A stretch of 64,000 bases of DNA, taken from Pseudomonadota bacterium. Lineage in GTDB: Bacteria > Pseudomonadota > Gammaproteobacteria > Steroidobacterales > JBCCMA01. The notes beneath the pieces were generated by a model. That model was not told the DNA's origin and searched no databases. It was given only the letters and a program-made list of their open reading frames with translations. Every line of letters starts with the position of its first letter. Position 1 is the first letter of the stretch. Position numbers and translations under genes: made by a program. The DNA is taken from positions 24,740 through 88,739 of the forward strand of contig JBCCMA010000001.1 in the NCBI GenBank assembly GCA_039026595.1. The letters are read 5' to 3'. This document shows, piece by piece, positions 46,386-55,880 of the stretch.

Positions 46386-47574
46386 TGTAGTTGTCGTAGG
46401 CGGCGGGCCCACAGGCGCCACCGCCGCCAATGATCTGGCCACCAAAGGGCTGAATGTCCTTCTCATTGACAAGGACGGTCGGATCAAACCGTGCGGCGGG
46501 GCGATCCCACCAAAACTGGTGCGAGAGTTTGATATCGCCGAGTCACTTCTGTGCGAGAAAGTCACCACCGCCAGAATGATTTCGCCGTCCGGTCAGGAAG
46601 TCGACATGGACATTGGCGGCTGGGTGGGCATGGTCAATCGAGACGAGTTCGATGAATGGCTGCGCCAACGGGCCGCAAAAAACGGTGCGACGCGCGTCAC
46701 CGGTTATTTCCGCCGTGTGTTGCATGACATGGAAGACGAGCCCATCGTCGAATACGTCAGCGGTCGCGAGGCCGTTCGCGTTCGCACACGGGCGATCATT
46801 GGCGCCGACGGCGCCTTGTCGATGGTGGCCAAGGACTGCATCCCGGGTGCCGAAGATGTCCCCAAGGTGTTCGCGTACCACGAGATCGTGAAAACGCCAC
46901 AGGCGCCGTCCAAGGGTTACGACGGCAAGCGCTGCGACGTGTATTACCAGGGCGAATGCTCACCGGATTTTTACGGCTGGGTCTTCCCGCACGGTGACAA
47001 GATCAGCATTGGGACCGGCACAGCAGAAAAAGGCTTTTCATTACGCAAAGCGGTTGTAAAGCTGCGCGATGCTGCGGGACTGACCAACGCCGAGGACGTC
47101 CGCGTAGAGGGCGCACCAATTCCGCTTCGCACGCTGAAAAAATGGGACAACGGTCGCGACACCGTAGTCGCCGGGGACGCCGCGGGCGCCGTGGCCCCGG
47201 CGTCGGGCGAGGGCATCTACTACGCCATGTTAAGCGGTCGGTTTGCGGCCGATGCGACCGCCGAGTTTGTGCGTACGCGCAATCCGAAAGCGCTCAAGAT
47301 GGCCCGCAAACGCTTCATGCGATTACACGGACGGGTGTTCCTTATTCTCGGCATCATGCAGCGCTTCTGGTACACCACAGACAAGCGGCGCGAGCGATTT
47401 GTCAGCATCTGCAAAGACCCGGACGTGCAGCGGCTGACCTGGGAGGCGTATATGAACAAGAAACTGGTGCGGGCCAAACCCATCGCCCACATCCGCATCT
47501 TCTTCAAAGACCTCGCCCACCTCGTGGGCCTGGCGCCCAGTCGATCGCCCGACAAACCGCAAAAACCAGCCTGA
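46372..47574 (+). CDS. bchP: geranylgeranyl reductase
   Basis: The start is at the internal ATG 46372 (MDKFDVVVVGGGPTGATAANDLA, an FAD-binding GxGxxG). Conserved motifs include PCGGAIP and GDAAGAVAPASGEGIYYAM. Confidence 0.93.
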   Translation: MDKFDVVVVGGGPTGATAANDLATKGLNVLLIDKDGRIKPCGGAIPPKLVREFDIAESLLCEKVTTARMISPSGQEVDMDIGGWVGMVNRDEFDEWLRQRAAKNGATRVTGYFRRVLHDMEDEPIVEYVSGREAVRVRTRAIIGADGALSMVAKDCIPGAEDVPKVFAYHEIVKTPQAPSKGYDGKRCDVYYQGECSPDFYGWVFPHGDKISIGTGTAEKGFSLRKAVVKLRDAAGLTNAEDVRVEGAPIPLRTLKKWDNGRDTVVAGDAAGAVAPASGEGIYYAMLSGRFAADATAEFVRTRNPKALKMARKRFMRLHGRVFLILGIMQRFWYTTDKRRERFVSICKDPDVQRLTWEAYMNKKLVRAKPIAHIRIFFKDLAHLVGLAPSRSPDKPQKPA

Positions 47575-47585
47575 CGCGCACCGCC

Positions 47586-48065
47586 TTGAGTTCAACACTG
47601 CGCCGATACTGGCCAACGGCCGCCGTTGCGCTGGTCCTGTCGCTGGGCATCGGCGGTTTGGGCGGCGCCCTGACCGATCTGGGCGACTGGTATCAGAACC
47701 TGACGCAACCGGCATGGAAGCCGCCCGACTGGGCCTTTGGCCCCGCGTGGACGAGCATTTTCATTTTGTGTGCCGCGGCCATCAGCATCGCGTGGGTACA
47801 CGCTCCGACACAGCGCGCAAAACGGCAAATCATCATCGTGTTTGCAATCAATGCGATCCTGAACCTGCTGTGGAGCGCGTTGTTTTTTGTTTTCAAAATG
47901 CCGCTGCCCGCGCTGGTCGAGATTGTGCCGCTCTGGCTGTCGATTCTGGCGTGCACCATCGTTTGCTGGCGCATCCGGCCGCTGGCCGGCGTGTGCCTGA
48001 TGCCGTATCTGGTTTGGGTCGCGTTCGCATCGACGGTCAATTATGGTGTCGTGGTCCTGAACTGA
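47586..48065 (+). CDS. tspO: tryptophan-rich sensory protein TspO/MBR
   Basis: Only the last ~160 aa of ORF 47142..48065 are TspO-like (WYQNLTQPAWKPPDWAFGPAWTSIFIL ... LNLLWSALFF ... MPYLVWVAFASTVN). There is no in-frame ATG, so the TTG at 47586 is my best guess and the start is uncertain. Confidence 0.85.
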   Translation: MSSTLRRYWPTAAVALVLSLGIGGLGGALTDLGDWYQNLTQPAWKPPDWAFGPAWTSIFILCAAAISIAWVHAPTQRAKRQIIIVFAINAILNLLWSALFFVFKMPLPALVEIVPLWLSILACTIVCWRIRPLAGVCLMPYLVWVAFASTVNYGVVVLN

Positions 48066-48078
48066 CGGCAGCCCGCGC

Positions 48079-48348
48079 GTGGACGCATTTCTTAATCCCA
48101 CCACGATCGTTCTCATCGGCATCTTCATGTTCGTTGAACTGATCTTATTGACTCGCCTGTTTGCGAAGCGCAACGATCAGAACAACGTGGGCATCACAAT
48201 CGGCAATGTACTGGCTGGCGTGTTTCTGATGGTGGCTGTCGCCGCCGAGATGTCCGATCAGGCGACGTGGTTTACCGGCTTGTGTCTGATCGGCGCTCTG
48301 GCAGCCCACTGTGCCGAAGTGGTCCTGCGCATTCGGTCGTCGCGCTGA
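48079..48348 (+). CDS. small hypothetical membrane protein (about 3 TM)
   Basis: It has a GTG start 13 nt after tspO. The composition is hydrophobic and TM-like (TIVLIGIFMFVELILL, VLAGVFLMVAVAA, LCLIGALAAHCAEVV), unlike the Arg/Pro-rich spurious ORFs of this GC-rich DNA. I recognise no homology. Confidence 0.4.
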   Translation: MDAFLNPTTIVLIGIFMFVELILLTRLFAKRNDQNNVGITIGNVLAGVFLMVAVAAEMSDQATWFTGLCLIGALAAHCAEVVLRIRSSR

Positions 48349-48791
48349 TGCGCCTTTCCGAAGTCCTTCTGCGCCTTGGCACCAGTCTGGTTGCGTGGAT
48401 CTTGCTGCTGACTTATCTCATCTGGCTCGGAGTCGTCGGGCGTATCGGCTGCGGCCCGGATGGGGATGAGTTGCACAAACTCGTGCTCGGACTTGCTCCA
48501 TTTGCCGTGGGCAGCGCTTTTGCACTGCGTGCTACGCAACCGCTGGACGAGGTGCATCGAATTCTCCGCTGGATCGCCGTCTTTCTCGTCATTCTGACGC
48601 CGTCCGCACTGCATGCCATCTGGACCGTATTCGGGACGGTCTGGCTGAGCGGCGATCGGATCTGTGCCGAAGGCAGCGTGACATCATGGGAGAACGCCTG
48701 GCCAATCGTACACGGTATGGCCATTGTGGCGATCGCGGTTCTGATCAGGTCCATGTGGCAACCAAGCGCCGCCGAAACAGAGTCAGGGTAA
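48348..48791 (+). CDS. hypothetical membrane protein (about 4 TM)
   Basis: The internal ATG at 48348 of ORF 48267..48791 overlaps the preceding stop (ATGA). TM segments include [51 protein letters not shown] and [12 protein letters not shown] recognise no homology. Confidence 0.4.
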   Translation: MRLSEVLLRLGTSLVAWILLLTYLIWLGVVGRIGCGPDGDELHKLVLGLAPFAVGSAFALRATQPLDEVHRILRWIAVFLVILTPSALHAIWTVFGTVWLSGDRICAEGSVTSWENAWPIVHGMAIVAIAVLIRSMWQPSAAETESG

Positions 48792-48945
48792 CGCACTACC
48801 ACGCGCGCTAACCTTGCTTTCCCTGCATCGCGCTGCGTACACTCCGGCGCTTGTGCAAAGCAATAAGCCGTCTTATCACGGCAAACCTACAACACTTGCT
48901 GCTGCACCTTCTTCGAAACCAAGACACAAACTGGGGGGTTTACTC

Positions 48946-49350
48946 ATGGGAATGGCATCCGAATTCAAGGATTTCGCCATGCGCGGCAACGTCGTGGATA
49001 TGGCAGTGGGCATCGTGATCGGCGGCGCGTTCGGCAAGATCGTCTCGTCGTTCGTCAAGGACGTTCTGATGCCGCCGATTGGACTGGCGCTGGGCGGCGT
49101 TGATTTCTCGCAGCTCGCCGTGACACTCAAGGAGGCCGTCGGCGAGACGGCAGCGGTCACGCTTAACTACGGCGTGTTTATCCAGACGGTCGTTGACTTC
49201 ATCATCATCGCCTTTGCCATCTTTATGGTGGTCAAAGCCATGAACTCGATGAAAAAGAAGGAAGAAGAAGCACCGGCCAAGCCGCCGGAGCCCAGCAAGG
49301 AAGAAGTTCTTCTGACCGAGATCCGCGACGCGCTGCGCACCGGAAGCTAA
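48946..49350 (+). CDS. mscL: large-conductance mechanosensitive channel
   Basis: From the internal ATG: [46 protein letters not shown] is the canonical MscL N-terminus. The gene is 134 aa with a charged C-terminal helix. Confidence 0.95.
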   Translation: MGMASEFKDFAMRGNVVDMAVGIVIGGAFGKIVSSFVKDVLMPPIGLALGGVDFSQLAVTLKEAVGETAAVTLNYGVFIQTVVDFIIIAFAIFMVVKAMNSMKKKEEEAPAKPPEPSKEEVLLTEIRDALRTGS

Positions 49351-49434
49351 GGCCGTTCGGCCGACGACGTGGCCCGGGTTTCGCCCGGGTTACGTTATAC
49401 GAACCAAGAAGCGCGATCCGAAGATCGGCGTCCT

Positions 49435-52400
49435 CTAAACACTGCGCGGCCGACCAGGTCCGGTTAACCGTTTACGCCTGACCGCGAGAAGTGCCAGCAG
49501 GCCCAGCACGCCGGCATGGCCGGCTCCACCGCCACCGCCTCCACCGGAATTAACCGGGGGCGGCGGTGTTATGACTGGCGGTGGTGGAGCGGGCGGCATT
49601 TCGCGCTGATCGGCGACCCCGTTGCCATTGTCGTCCTGAGTGGTGGAAAGCGCTGTGGGCAGACCCGTTATCGGATCCACCGCGTCGAGGAAACCGTCGG
49701 CGTTCGCGTCTACCGTAGCTGGATCGGTCCCAGGGGGCAGCGCCTCGACCAGATCAAAGATACCGTCGTTGTCGCTGTCGGAATCGATGTAGTCGGGTTG
49801 GCCGTCTCCATCCGAGTCGGTCGGTGTCGCGCCGTTCATGCCGTCCTGCAAGCCATCGCGGGGACTGCTGTCGACGACGGTATCAAAGCGACCGTCGTTG
49901 TTGTCATCGGTACCGGCGGGCAGGGCATTCGCGCTCGCCTCCAGAATGTCGGTCAAACCATCGTTGTCGCTATCGCCGTCACGGAAGTCGGGCACCGCAT
50001 CGCCGTCGGTGTCCCGAACGGACTGGCCGTTGCCGGCCACTACGCCTTCGATTGAGTCCGTGATCCCGTCACTATCCGCGTCCAGATCCGTCAGATCAGG
50101 CAGGCCGTCTGCGTCGGTATCGATCGCCTCGGCCTCATCGCTCACACCGTTCGCATTGGTGTCGGTTGCTGACCCGTTGGCATCTGGATCAACGGCATCG
50201 TCTACGCCGTCGCCGTCGGCATCGTTGCCGCTCAAACTCGGCAGCGTTTCACCATTGGCCGCGGCTTCGATGGCATCAGGCACACCGTCGTCGTCACTGT
50301 CGGTATCAACGAAGTCGGCGTTCCCGTCGCCATCAAAGTCGGCGGGTTCCAGCGCATCATCCACACCATTACCGTTAGTGTCATCGCCGCCGGTGGTGTC
50401 GGCATCGAGCGCATCGTCGATGCCGTCGCCGTCAACATCCCCGCCCAACGGCGGCGTGGCCGGCGCCTCGAGCAGATCGAGCACACCGTCGTTATCGCTG
50501 TCCAGATCAAGATGGTTCGCAACGCCGTCAGCATCCGCGTCAGCGGCTTCCAGCGCGTCGTCCACACCGTTGTTATTGGTGTCCTCGCCGTTGGTCTGGT
50601 CCACGTCCACCGCATCATCGACGCCATCCGCGTCGCTGTCCGCGCCAGCCAGTGTGGGCGGGTTCGTGTTCTCCACCACGTCGAGCGTGCCGTCGTTATC
50701 TGAATCGGTGTCGACGTAATCCGCTCTGCCATCTCCGTCGGTGTCCATCGGTTGCGCGGGCGTCGAGCCCGCCTCGACGCGGTCCAGCACACGATCGTTA
50801 TCACTGTCGGTGTCTTCGAAATCCGGCGTACCGTCGCCGTCGGTGTCGACCGGCAGCAACGGGTTGTCGCCCGCCTCCACGCTGTCGGGAATCCCGTCGT
50901 TATCCGAGTCGGGATCATCGATGTTCAATCGCCCGTCGCCGTCCACATCCACCGATCCTTCGATCACGTCGGGTATGCCGTCGCTATCGCTGTCCAAAGC
51001 GTCGACAACAATCGTGACCGTCGCCGACGCGCACACATCAGGATCGGGCTCCGAGTTGCAGACCGTGTAGCCAATGGTGACCGTTGGGCGCAGCTCCGCG
51101 GCCGGCACCAGGTAGGTCAGCTCACCGGTGTTGGCGTCGAACGTTGGAATCCCGGTGGCGGTGCCCGCGTTCGGGGCGGCGGATTGCGCCAGAGTGGTCG
51201 TGCCCTCGTTCTCCGGGTCAGAGTTCGCGAGGAAGTCATCGTTCGCGAGGACATTGAGCACGACGCTGTCGCCCGCCGCCGCGCTGACCGCATCGTCTGA
51301 AGCCGTGGCCAGCGTGACATTCGGATCAAGTCGGTCGGGTTGGCCATCGCCGTCCGCATCCGGCTCTGGGGCCACGTTGATCGTCACCGTTGAGGTGGCA
51401 CACACATCCGGATCGGGCGCCGAGTTACACACGGTATAACCCAGCGTTACCGACGTATCACCTTCACCAAGAACCGGCGTGTACGTCAGCTCGCCCAATT
51501 CGGCGTTAAAGACAAACGGGCCGGCGGCGGTTCCGTTGTCCGGCGCTGCCGCCCGCACGAGCGTCGTGGTGCCTTGATTCTCCGCATTGGCATTGGCCAG
51601 GAAGTCGTCATTATCGAGAATGTTGAAGGTTGCGGTGACGCCAGGGTCGGCACTCACCGTATCGGGCGCCGCCGTTGGCGTGGCCACATTCGGATCAAGA
51701 CGATCCGGATTGCCGTCCCCGTCCATGTCAAGCTCAGGTCCGACGCTGACTGTGACGGTCGCCACAGCGCACACGTCGGGATCCGGGTCGACGTTACAGA
51801 CCTCATAGCCCACCGTCACCATGGCGTTCTCTTCAGCGAGCGGCGGCGTGTAGGTCAACGTGCCGGCATCGGCATCAAACTGCGCATCGCCTATGGCATT
51901 GCCGGCAGACATATCGCTTGCTCGATTCAATGTGGTCGTTCCGGCGTTCCGCACGTCGTCGTTTGGCAGAAAGTCGTCATTAGCGAGGACATCGATTGCA
52001 GCCGTTTGCCCAGGCGTAGCGGCCAACGTGTCATCCGCGGCGCTGCCGCCCGTATCGTCGCCGTCTGTGCTGTCCGGATTACCGTCCCCGTCGATATCGT
52101 TGACGGAGCGATAGTCCACGTCGGTTGCATCGGTATCCGTGTTCGGGAACTGGGTGAGCGGCGTGTCGATCACGCCACCCGGATCGGCGTAACTGGCGCC
52201 AATCACGGTCGCATCATCAATGCCGTCGTTGTTCGCATCCGTTCCAACAGCAACGAACCCGCCCTCATCTGAATCGGACAGGCCGTCTCCATCGCTGTCG
52301 GGATCGATGTAATCCGGCAGAGCGTCCAACGTATCGATGGCAACCTGATTGGGCACGGCGAACGTGCCGCCGAAATCGGCCGTGGTGCCGTCGTTTGCAT

Positions 52401-54282
52401 CAAACAGGTCGATGACACCATCGCCGTCGGCGTCGTCATCGCGGACATCTCCGTCACCGGCGACGTAACCGGCCGAGGTCTGCGCTTCAACAAAATCGCT
52501 GATGCTGTCGCCGTCGCTGTCCAGATCCAGAAAGTCCGCCACGTCGTCGGTGTCCGATTGTCGAGCGGGTGTTCCGTTGCCAACTCCGTGGTCGGACTCA
52601 ACCATATCGGCCAAGCCGTTACCCGCGACGGCGCTGCCCGCCACGCCGGCGTCGCTGAATTCGGCGCCATCGATAACACCGTTCTGATCCGGGTCCAGTG
52701 AAGCGGCGTCCGCACCGCTCTCGACCAGATCGCTGACACCGTCGTTGTCGGCGTCCAGATCGCGGCTGTTCAGAAGTCCGTCGCGGTCCGCGTCGCCCGC
52801 CTCGAAACTCAGAACATGCAAGATCCCATGCCCAAGCCCGAGTCCGCCATCGTCCTCCGATGAGGTAAATCGCACGGTGATCGTATCGACCGATCCGCCG
52901 AATTCGAACGTCGCGAACGTCGCCGAGTCCTGCGCCGGGATAGGACCTGCCGTCGTTTCAACCGCGCCCGGACCCGTTACGACCATGTCAGGACCAAGGA
53001 ACACCGGCGTGGCCGTCACCGCGGATCCGCCGAGCGAGGCGGATACGATCACGGCCTCAAGATCGTCGAGGTCCACAATCCGAAGTACGGGGTGTTCACC
53101 AGGCGTCGGCTGCCCGTCCCGCCCATCCAGCGTGATCGTGTATTCGACAAAGTTGTTGGCGGTATCGGACCCATCGGCCTGCCAGAAAAACACCGCTGGT
53201 GTCAGGATGCTCTCGAAATCAAACACGCCCACATCCGGCACATTCAGGCCCCCACCGGTACGCAGATCCGTCGCCGCGCCGCTAAACGTGAGATCCGAGA
53301 ACCTGACAGAGACGTGTTCATCTTCTTGATACGCCACGCCGGTGATGTCATCGCCCTGAGCCAGATCGCCGTACGTCAGGCGACCAGCGAAAATCTCTCG
53401 CGCATCGAGCAACCCGTCGTTGTCGTCATCCAGATCGGCGCCATCGAGGACACTGTCACCGTCGGTGTCGGTCGTCAGGCTGCGTGCATTCGGTCGCGCG
53501 CGGTTGCGTTGTCGTGCATCCCCACTCGGATCCGTTTGCAAGGGGCTGACGACATCACTAACGGCACCCACAACCGGCAACGCCGTCGTCGACTGATTCT
53601 GAGGGGCTGTGTTCGACATGATGCGGATGGGGATCGTGTTGGCTGATGCCGAGAAATCGGCCACGAGCGACACGTGCTCTGCAGTGCCCATTCCACCATC
53701 CCAAGTCGACGCCTCGGACAGCCAGGTCGGCACACCCGAACCCACAGCGTTCACCGTAAACCGGTCTTCCAGCAGGACATACAGCGACGCCAGACCTTGC
53801 CCATCGACAAAACCGCTCAGCTCTCGAGTCTGCGCGCTGTAGCCAACGTGGATCTTGAACGGGACGTCCGCCTGAACCAGAACCGAGCCACCCCGTTGCG
53901 TTCGAACAGAACCGTCCGAATCGGCGAAAGCGAGGTACACCGCACAAAAGCCGTTGCGCGGCGCCCCGACCACCAGACCCGCCACGTCCGTCTGCATGTG
54001 GCTCTCAATGCGCACAAAGCCGACGGCCACACTGCTTGAGCTGTCGCTGGTGCAGGTGAGTGCCCCGTCAAAGGACAACGTGTCCGCATCGGTATACATG
54101 CTGTCGAGGTGTCGTGCCGATTGCGCGAACGCATCGAGCAGCGCCGTCTGACCCTTGGCATCGTACGTATGCGGTACGGCATCAGAATGGACAGCGTACT
54201 GCGCCAGCGCAGTGTTGCCGCCCACTAGCATAAGCAGAAGCGAAAACATGAAGGCAGCCGCGTGTTGATAACCTGATTTCAT
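49435..54282 (-). CDS. giant secreted/cell-surface Ca-binding protein: unknown N-terminal domain, many thrombospondin type-3-like repeats, three 123-aa Ig/cadherin-like tandem repeats, GlyGly-CTERM-like tail
   Basis: ORF 49435..54336. The ATG at 54282 gives the signal peptide MKSGYQHAAAFMFSLLLMLVGGNTALAQ. Dozens of DxDxDGxxDxxDxDxDNDG units are present. The C-terminus reads PPPVNSGGGGGGGAGHAGVLGLLALLAVRRKR, i.e. a Gly run, a TM helix and a basic cluster. Confidence 0.8.
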   Translation of the reverse strand: MKSGYQHAAAFMFSLLLMLVGGNTALAQYAVHSDAVPHTYDAKGQTALLDAFAQSARHLDSMYTDADTLSFDGALTCTSDSSSSVAVGFVRIESHMQTDVAGLVVGAPRNGFCAVYLAFADSDGSVRTQRGGSVLVQADVPFKIHVGYSAQTRELSGFVDGQGLASLYVLLEDRFTVNAVGSGVPTWLSEASTWDGGMGTAEHVSLVADFSASANTIPIRIMSNTAPQNQSTTALPVVGAVSDVVSPLQTDPSGDARQRNRARPNARSLTTDTDGDSVLDGADLDDDNDGLLDAREIFAGRLTYGDLAQGDDITGVAYQEDEHVSVRFSDLTFSGAATDLRTGGGLNVPDVGVFDFESILTPAVFFWQADGSDTANNFVEYTITLDGRDGQPTPGEHPVLRIVDLDDLEAVIVSASLGGSAVTATPVFLGPDMVVTGPGAVETTAGPIPAQDSATFATFEFGGSVDTITVRFTSSEDDGGLGLGHGILHVLSFEAGDADRDGLLNSRDLDADNDGVSDLVESGADAASLDPDQNGVIDGAEFSDAGVAGSAVAGNGLADMVESDHGVGNGTPARQSDTDDVADFLDLDSDGDSISDFVEAQTSAGYVAGDGDVRDDDADGDGVIDLFDANDGTTADFGGTFAVPNQVAIDTLDALPDYIDPDSDGDGLSDSDEGGFVAVGTDANNDGIDDATVIGASYADPGGVIDTPLTQFPNTDTDATDVDYRSVNDIDGDGNPDSTDGDDTGGSAADDTLAATPGQTAAIDVLANDDFLPNDDVRNAGTTTLNRASDMSAGNAIGDAQFDADAGTLTYTPPLAEENAMVTVGYEVCNVDPDPDVCAVATVTVSVGPELDMDGDGNPDRLDPNVATPTAAPDTVSADPGVTATFNILDNDDFLANANAENQGTTTLVRAAAPDNGTAAGPFVFNAELGELTYTPVLGEGDTSVTLGYTVCNSAPDPDVCATSTVTINVAPEPDADGDGQPDRLDPNVTLATASDDAVSAAAGDSVVLNVLANDDFLANSDPENEGTTTLAQSAAPNAGTATGIPTFDANTGELTYLVPAAELRPTVTIGYTVCNSEPDPDVCASATVTIVVDALDSDSDGIPDVIEGSVDVDGDGRLNIDDPDSDNDGIPDSVEAGDNPLLPVDTDGDGTPDFEDTDSDNDRVLDRVEAGSTPAQPMDTDGDGRADYVDTDSDNDGTLDVVENTNPPTLAGADSDADGVDDAVDVDQTNGEDTNNNGVDDALEAADADADGVANHLDLDSDNDGVLDLLEAPATPPLGGDVDGDGIDDALDADTTGGDDTNGNGVDDALEPADFDGDGNADFVDTDSDDDGVPDAIEAAANGETLPSLSGNDADGDGVDDAVDPDANGSATDTNANGVSDEAEAIDTDADGLPDLTDLDADSDGITDSIEGVVAGNGQSVRDTDGDAVPDFRDGDSDNDGLTDILEASANALPAGTDDNNDGRFDTVVDSSPRDGLQDGMNGATPTDSDGDGQPDYIDSDSDNDGIFDLVEALPPGTDPATVDANADGFLDAVDPITGLPTALSTTQDDNGNGVADQREMPPAPPPPVITPPPPVNSGGGGGGGAGHAGVLGLLALLAVRRKRLTGPGRPRSV
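51000..52100 (-). repeat. three tandem ~369-nt (123-aa) coding repeats inside the giant protein gene
   Basis: The unit is ...NDDFLxNxxxxNxGTTTLxxxxxxxxGxAxGxxxFxAxxGELTYTPxxxExxxxVTxGYTVCNSxPDPDVCAxxTVTxxVxPExDxDGDGxPDRLDPNV.... The VCN..PDPDVC landmark recurs at about 51031, 51398 and 51768 on the plus strand. The outer boundaries are approximate. Confidence 0.8.
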
Positions 54283-54548
54283 CGACGTGATCCTGATGTG
54301 GATGGAAACTCGATGCGCGGACGCATGAGTGGACATAACGCCGAGTTTGATCGGGAGCGCGAATCAAAAAAGTGATCGGCGTCTCAAGACGGCCAACGCG
54401 CCAATTGTCAATTCAGGTTACAGGGCGCTAAGCCCCTGTCCTTACGGGGTATTCCCGGCATCAACGATGACGCGTTCAGAGTCAACGAAAAAGGAATCGG
54501 GCGACGAACTGGCCCACAAAGAGGTGTCAAGATAGACAGTGATAACCG

Positions 54549-55880
54549 CTATTCGTACACGCGCGTCAATTCGGTGCCCGGATAATAGTGCGCGAGGATA
54601 TCCTTGTAGGTGTATCCCCGCGTCGCCATAACGGCCGCGCCGATCTGACACAGCCCCGCGCCGTGGCCCCATCCCGCGCCGCGCAGAACAAAGGCATCCG
54701 GTTTTGCTTCCGCGCCCTCAATGTCCACTGTAAACGCTGAACTCTTGAGGTGAGAACGGCTCAGCACACGACGGATCTCCAGTTCCTTGCCCACGGTCGC
54801 GCTGTCTTTTTCGCCCACAATCGTGAGCGTCCACAGTCGACCGGACCGGCCGCGCGCACCGGGCTTCAAGGCGATGATGCGGCCGAGATCCCGGCCCAGA
54901 CGGTCCGTCACCCGTGACCTCAATTCCACGTGGTCAATACGCTCCACCCAGCGGAAAAAATCCGGCGTGGTGCGTCGATCACGTTCCGGCAATATGGTGT
55001 CGAGCACGCTGTCATCTTCACACGCACAGAACGCCGAAGAGGGCTGATCGAGAAAACGGCGGAAAGCCGATTCTGAAGATACATCGCTCGGCTCGGTATG
55101 CCCGACGGGCGCATCGACCAACGGCACGAGATAGGGCACCGGTTCATCGCTCCACGCCACTCGCGCATCCTCGACGATACCGCCGCAGCATTTTCCGTAG
55201 CGCGTATCGCAAACCGCGTCCCCAAAGGTAAGGATCTCGCCAGCGGTGGCCGACACGGCATCGCGCACCGTCGATGACCCGATGCGCGTGGTGCCGTGGT
55301 AGCGCTGGCAGTGATCCTCGGCGCACACATCAAAGTCCGCATGAGCCGATGTGTCGTACCAGCGCAAGCCCTCCGCATTGCTTTGCCACGGTGCGGCTGA
55401 TTTTCCCTGCAGACGCCGTTGCGCGAGAAGCCAGCTGCGAGCGATCACGCTGTGCGCGCGGATTAACGCAGGCGGACACGTCGCCGACATTTCCGAAGAC
55501 ACGACCGCAGCCAGATAGGTCTCCAAAGGCACGCGGTTAATGACGCGCAGGCCGGTCGCGTCCGGCTCGATCCGAACCGCGCCTTCGAAAGACAGGGTCT
55601 CGGCTTCCGACCAGTGAAACGCGGCGCCCACACGCGAGGACAACGAGAACGACTGGCCACTGCGCGCAGGCTGTCCCTCCAGCGCCGGCACGCGCAGTGT
55701 TGATGTGCCGCGACACGCCACCTGCTCGCCGTCCCGCTCGAACTGCCACTCTCCGGCAGACAGCGCCGCCCCCGTGTGATCCGTAAACCCGTCCGGCAGG
55801 GTCAGTGTGACGCTGGCTTGCTGCTCAAGAAGTGCCACGTTCAGAAGCGGCTCGCGGGTCGGTAGCGTCAAAGCCCCCAC
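54549..55880 (-). CDS. SpoIID/LytB-domain protein (no signal peptide seen)
   Basis: SpoIID family motifs are present: PLETYLAAVVSSEMSATCPPALIRAHSVIARSW, DVCAEDHCQRYHGT, TAGEILTFGDAVCDTRYGKCCGGIVE and GAGWGHGAGLCQIGAAVMA. The N-terminus MGALTLPTREPLLNVALLEQQ is not signal-like. Confidence 0.85.
   Translation of the reverse strand: MGALTLPTREPLLNVALLEQQASVTLTLPDGFTDHTGAALSAGEWQFERDGEQVACRGTSTLRVPALEGQPARSGQSFSLSSRVGAAFHWSEAETLSFEGAVRIEPDATGLRVINRVPLETYLAAVVSSEMSATCPPALIRAHSVIARSWLLAQRRLQGKSAAPWQSNAEGLRWYDTSAHADFDVCAEDHCQRYHGTTRIGSSTVRDAVSATAGEILTFGDAVCDTRYGKCCGGIVEDARVAWSDEPVPYLVPLVDAPVGHTEPSDVSSESAFRRFLDQPSSAFCACEDDSVLDTILPERDRRTTPDFFRWVERIDHVELRSRVTDRLGRDLGRIIALKPGARGRSGRLWTLTIVGEKDSATVGKELEIRRVLSRSHLKSSAFTVDIEGAEAKPDAFVLRGAGWGHGAGLCQIGAAVMATRGYTYKDILAHYYPGTELTRVYE

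Noticed and set aside
49600-53500. Highly periodic DNA that might suggest a CRISPR array or satellite.
   Set aside because: The periodicity is in frame within one 4.8-kb ORF and encodes DxDxDG Ca-binding loops and 123-aa domain repeats. There is no repeat-spacer structure, no leader and no cas genes.
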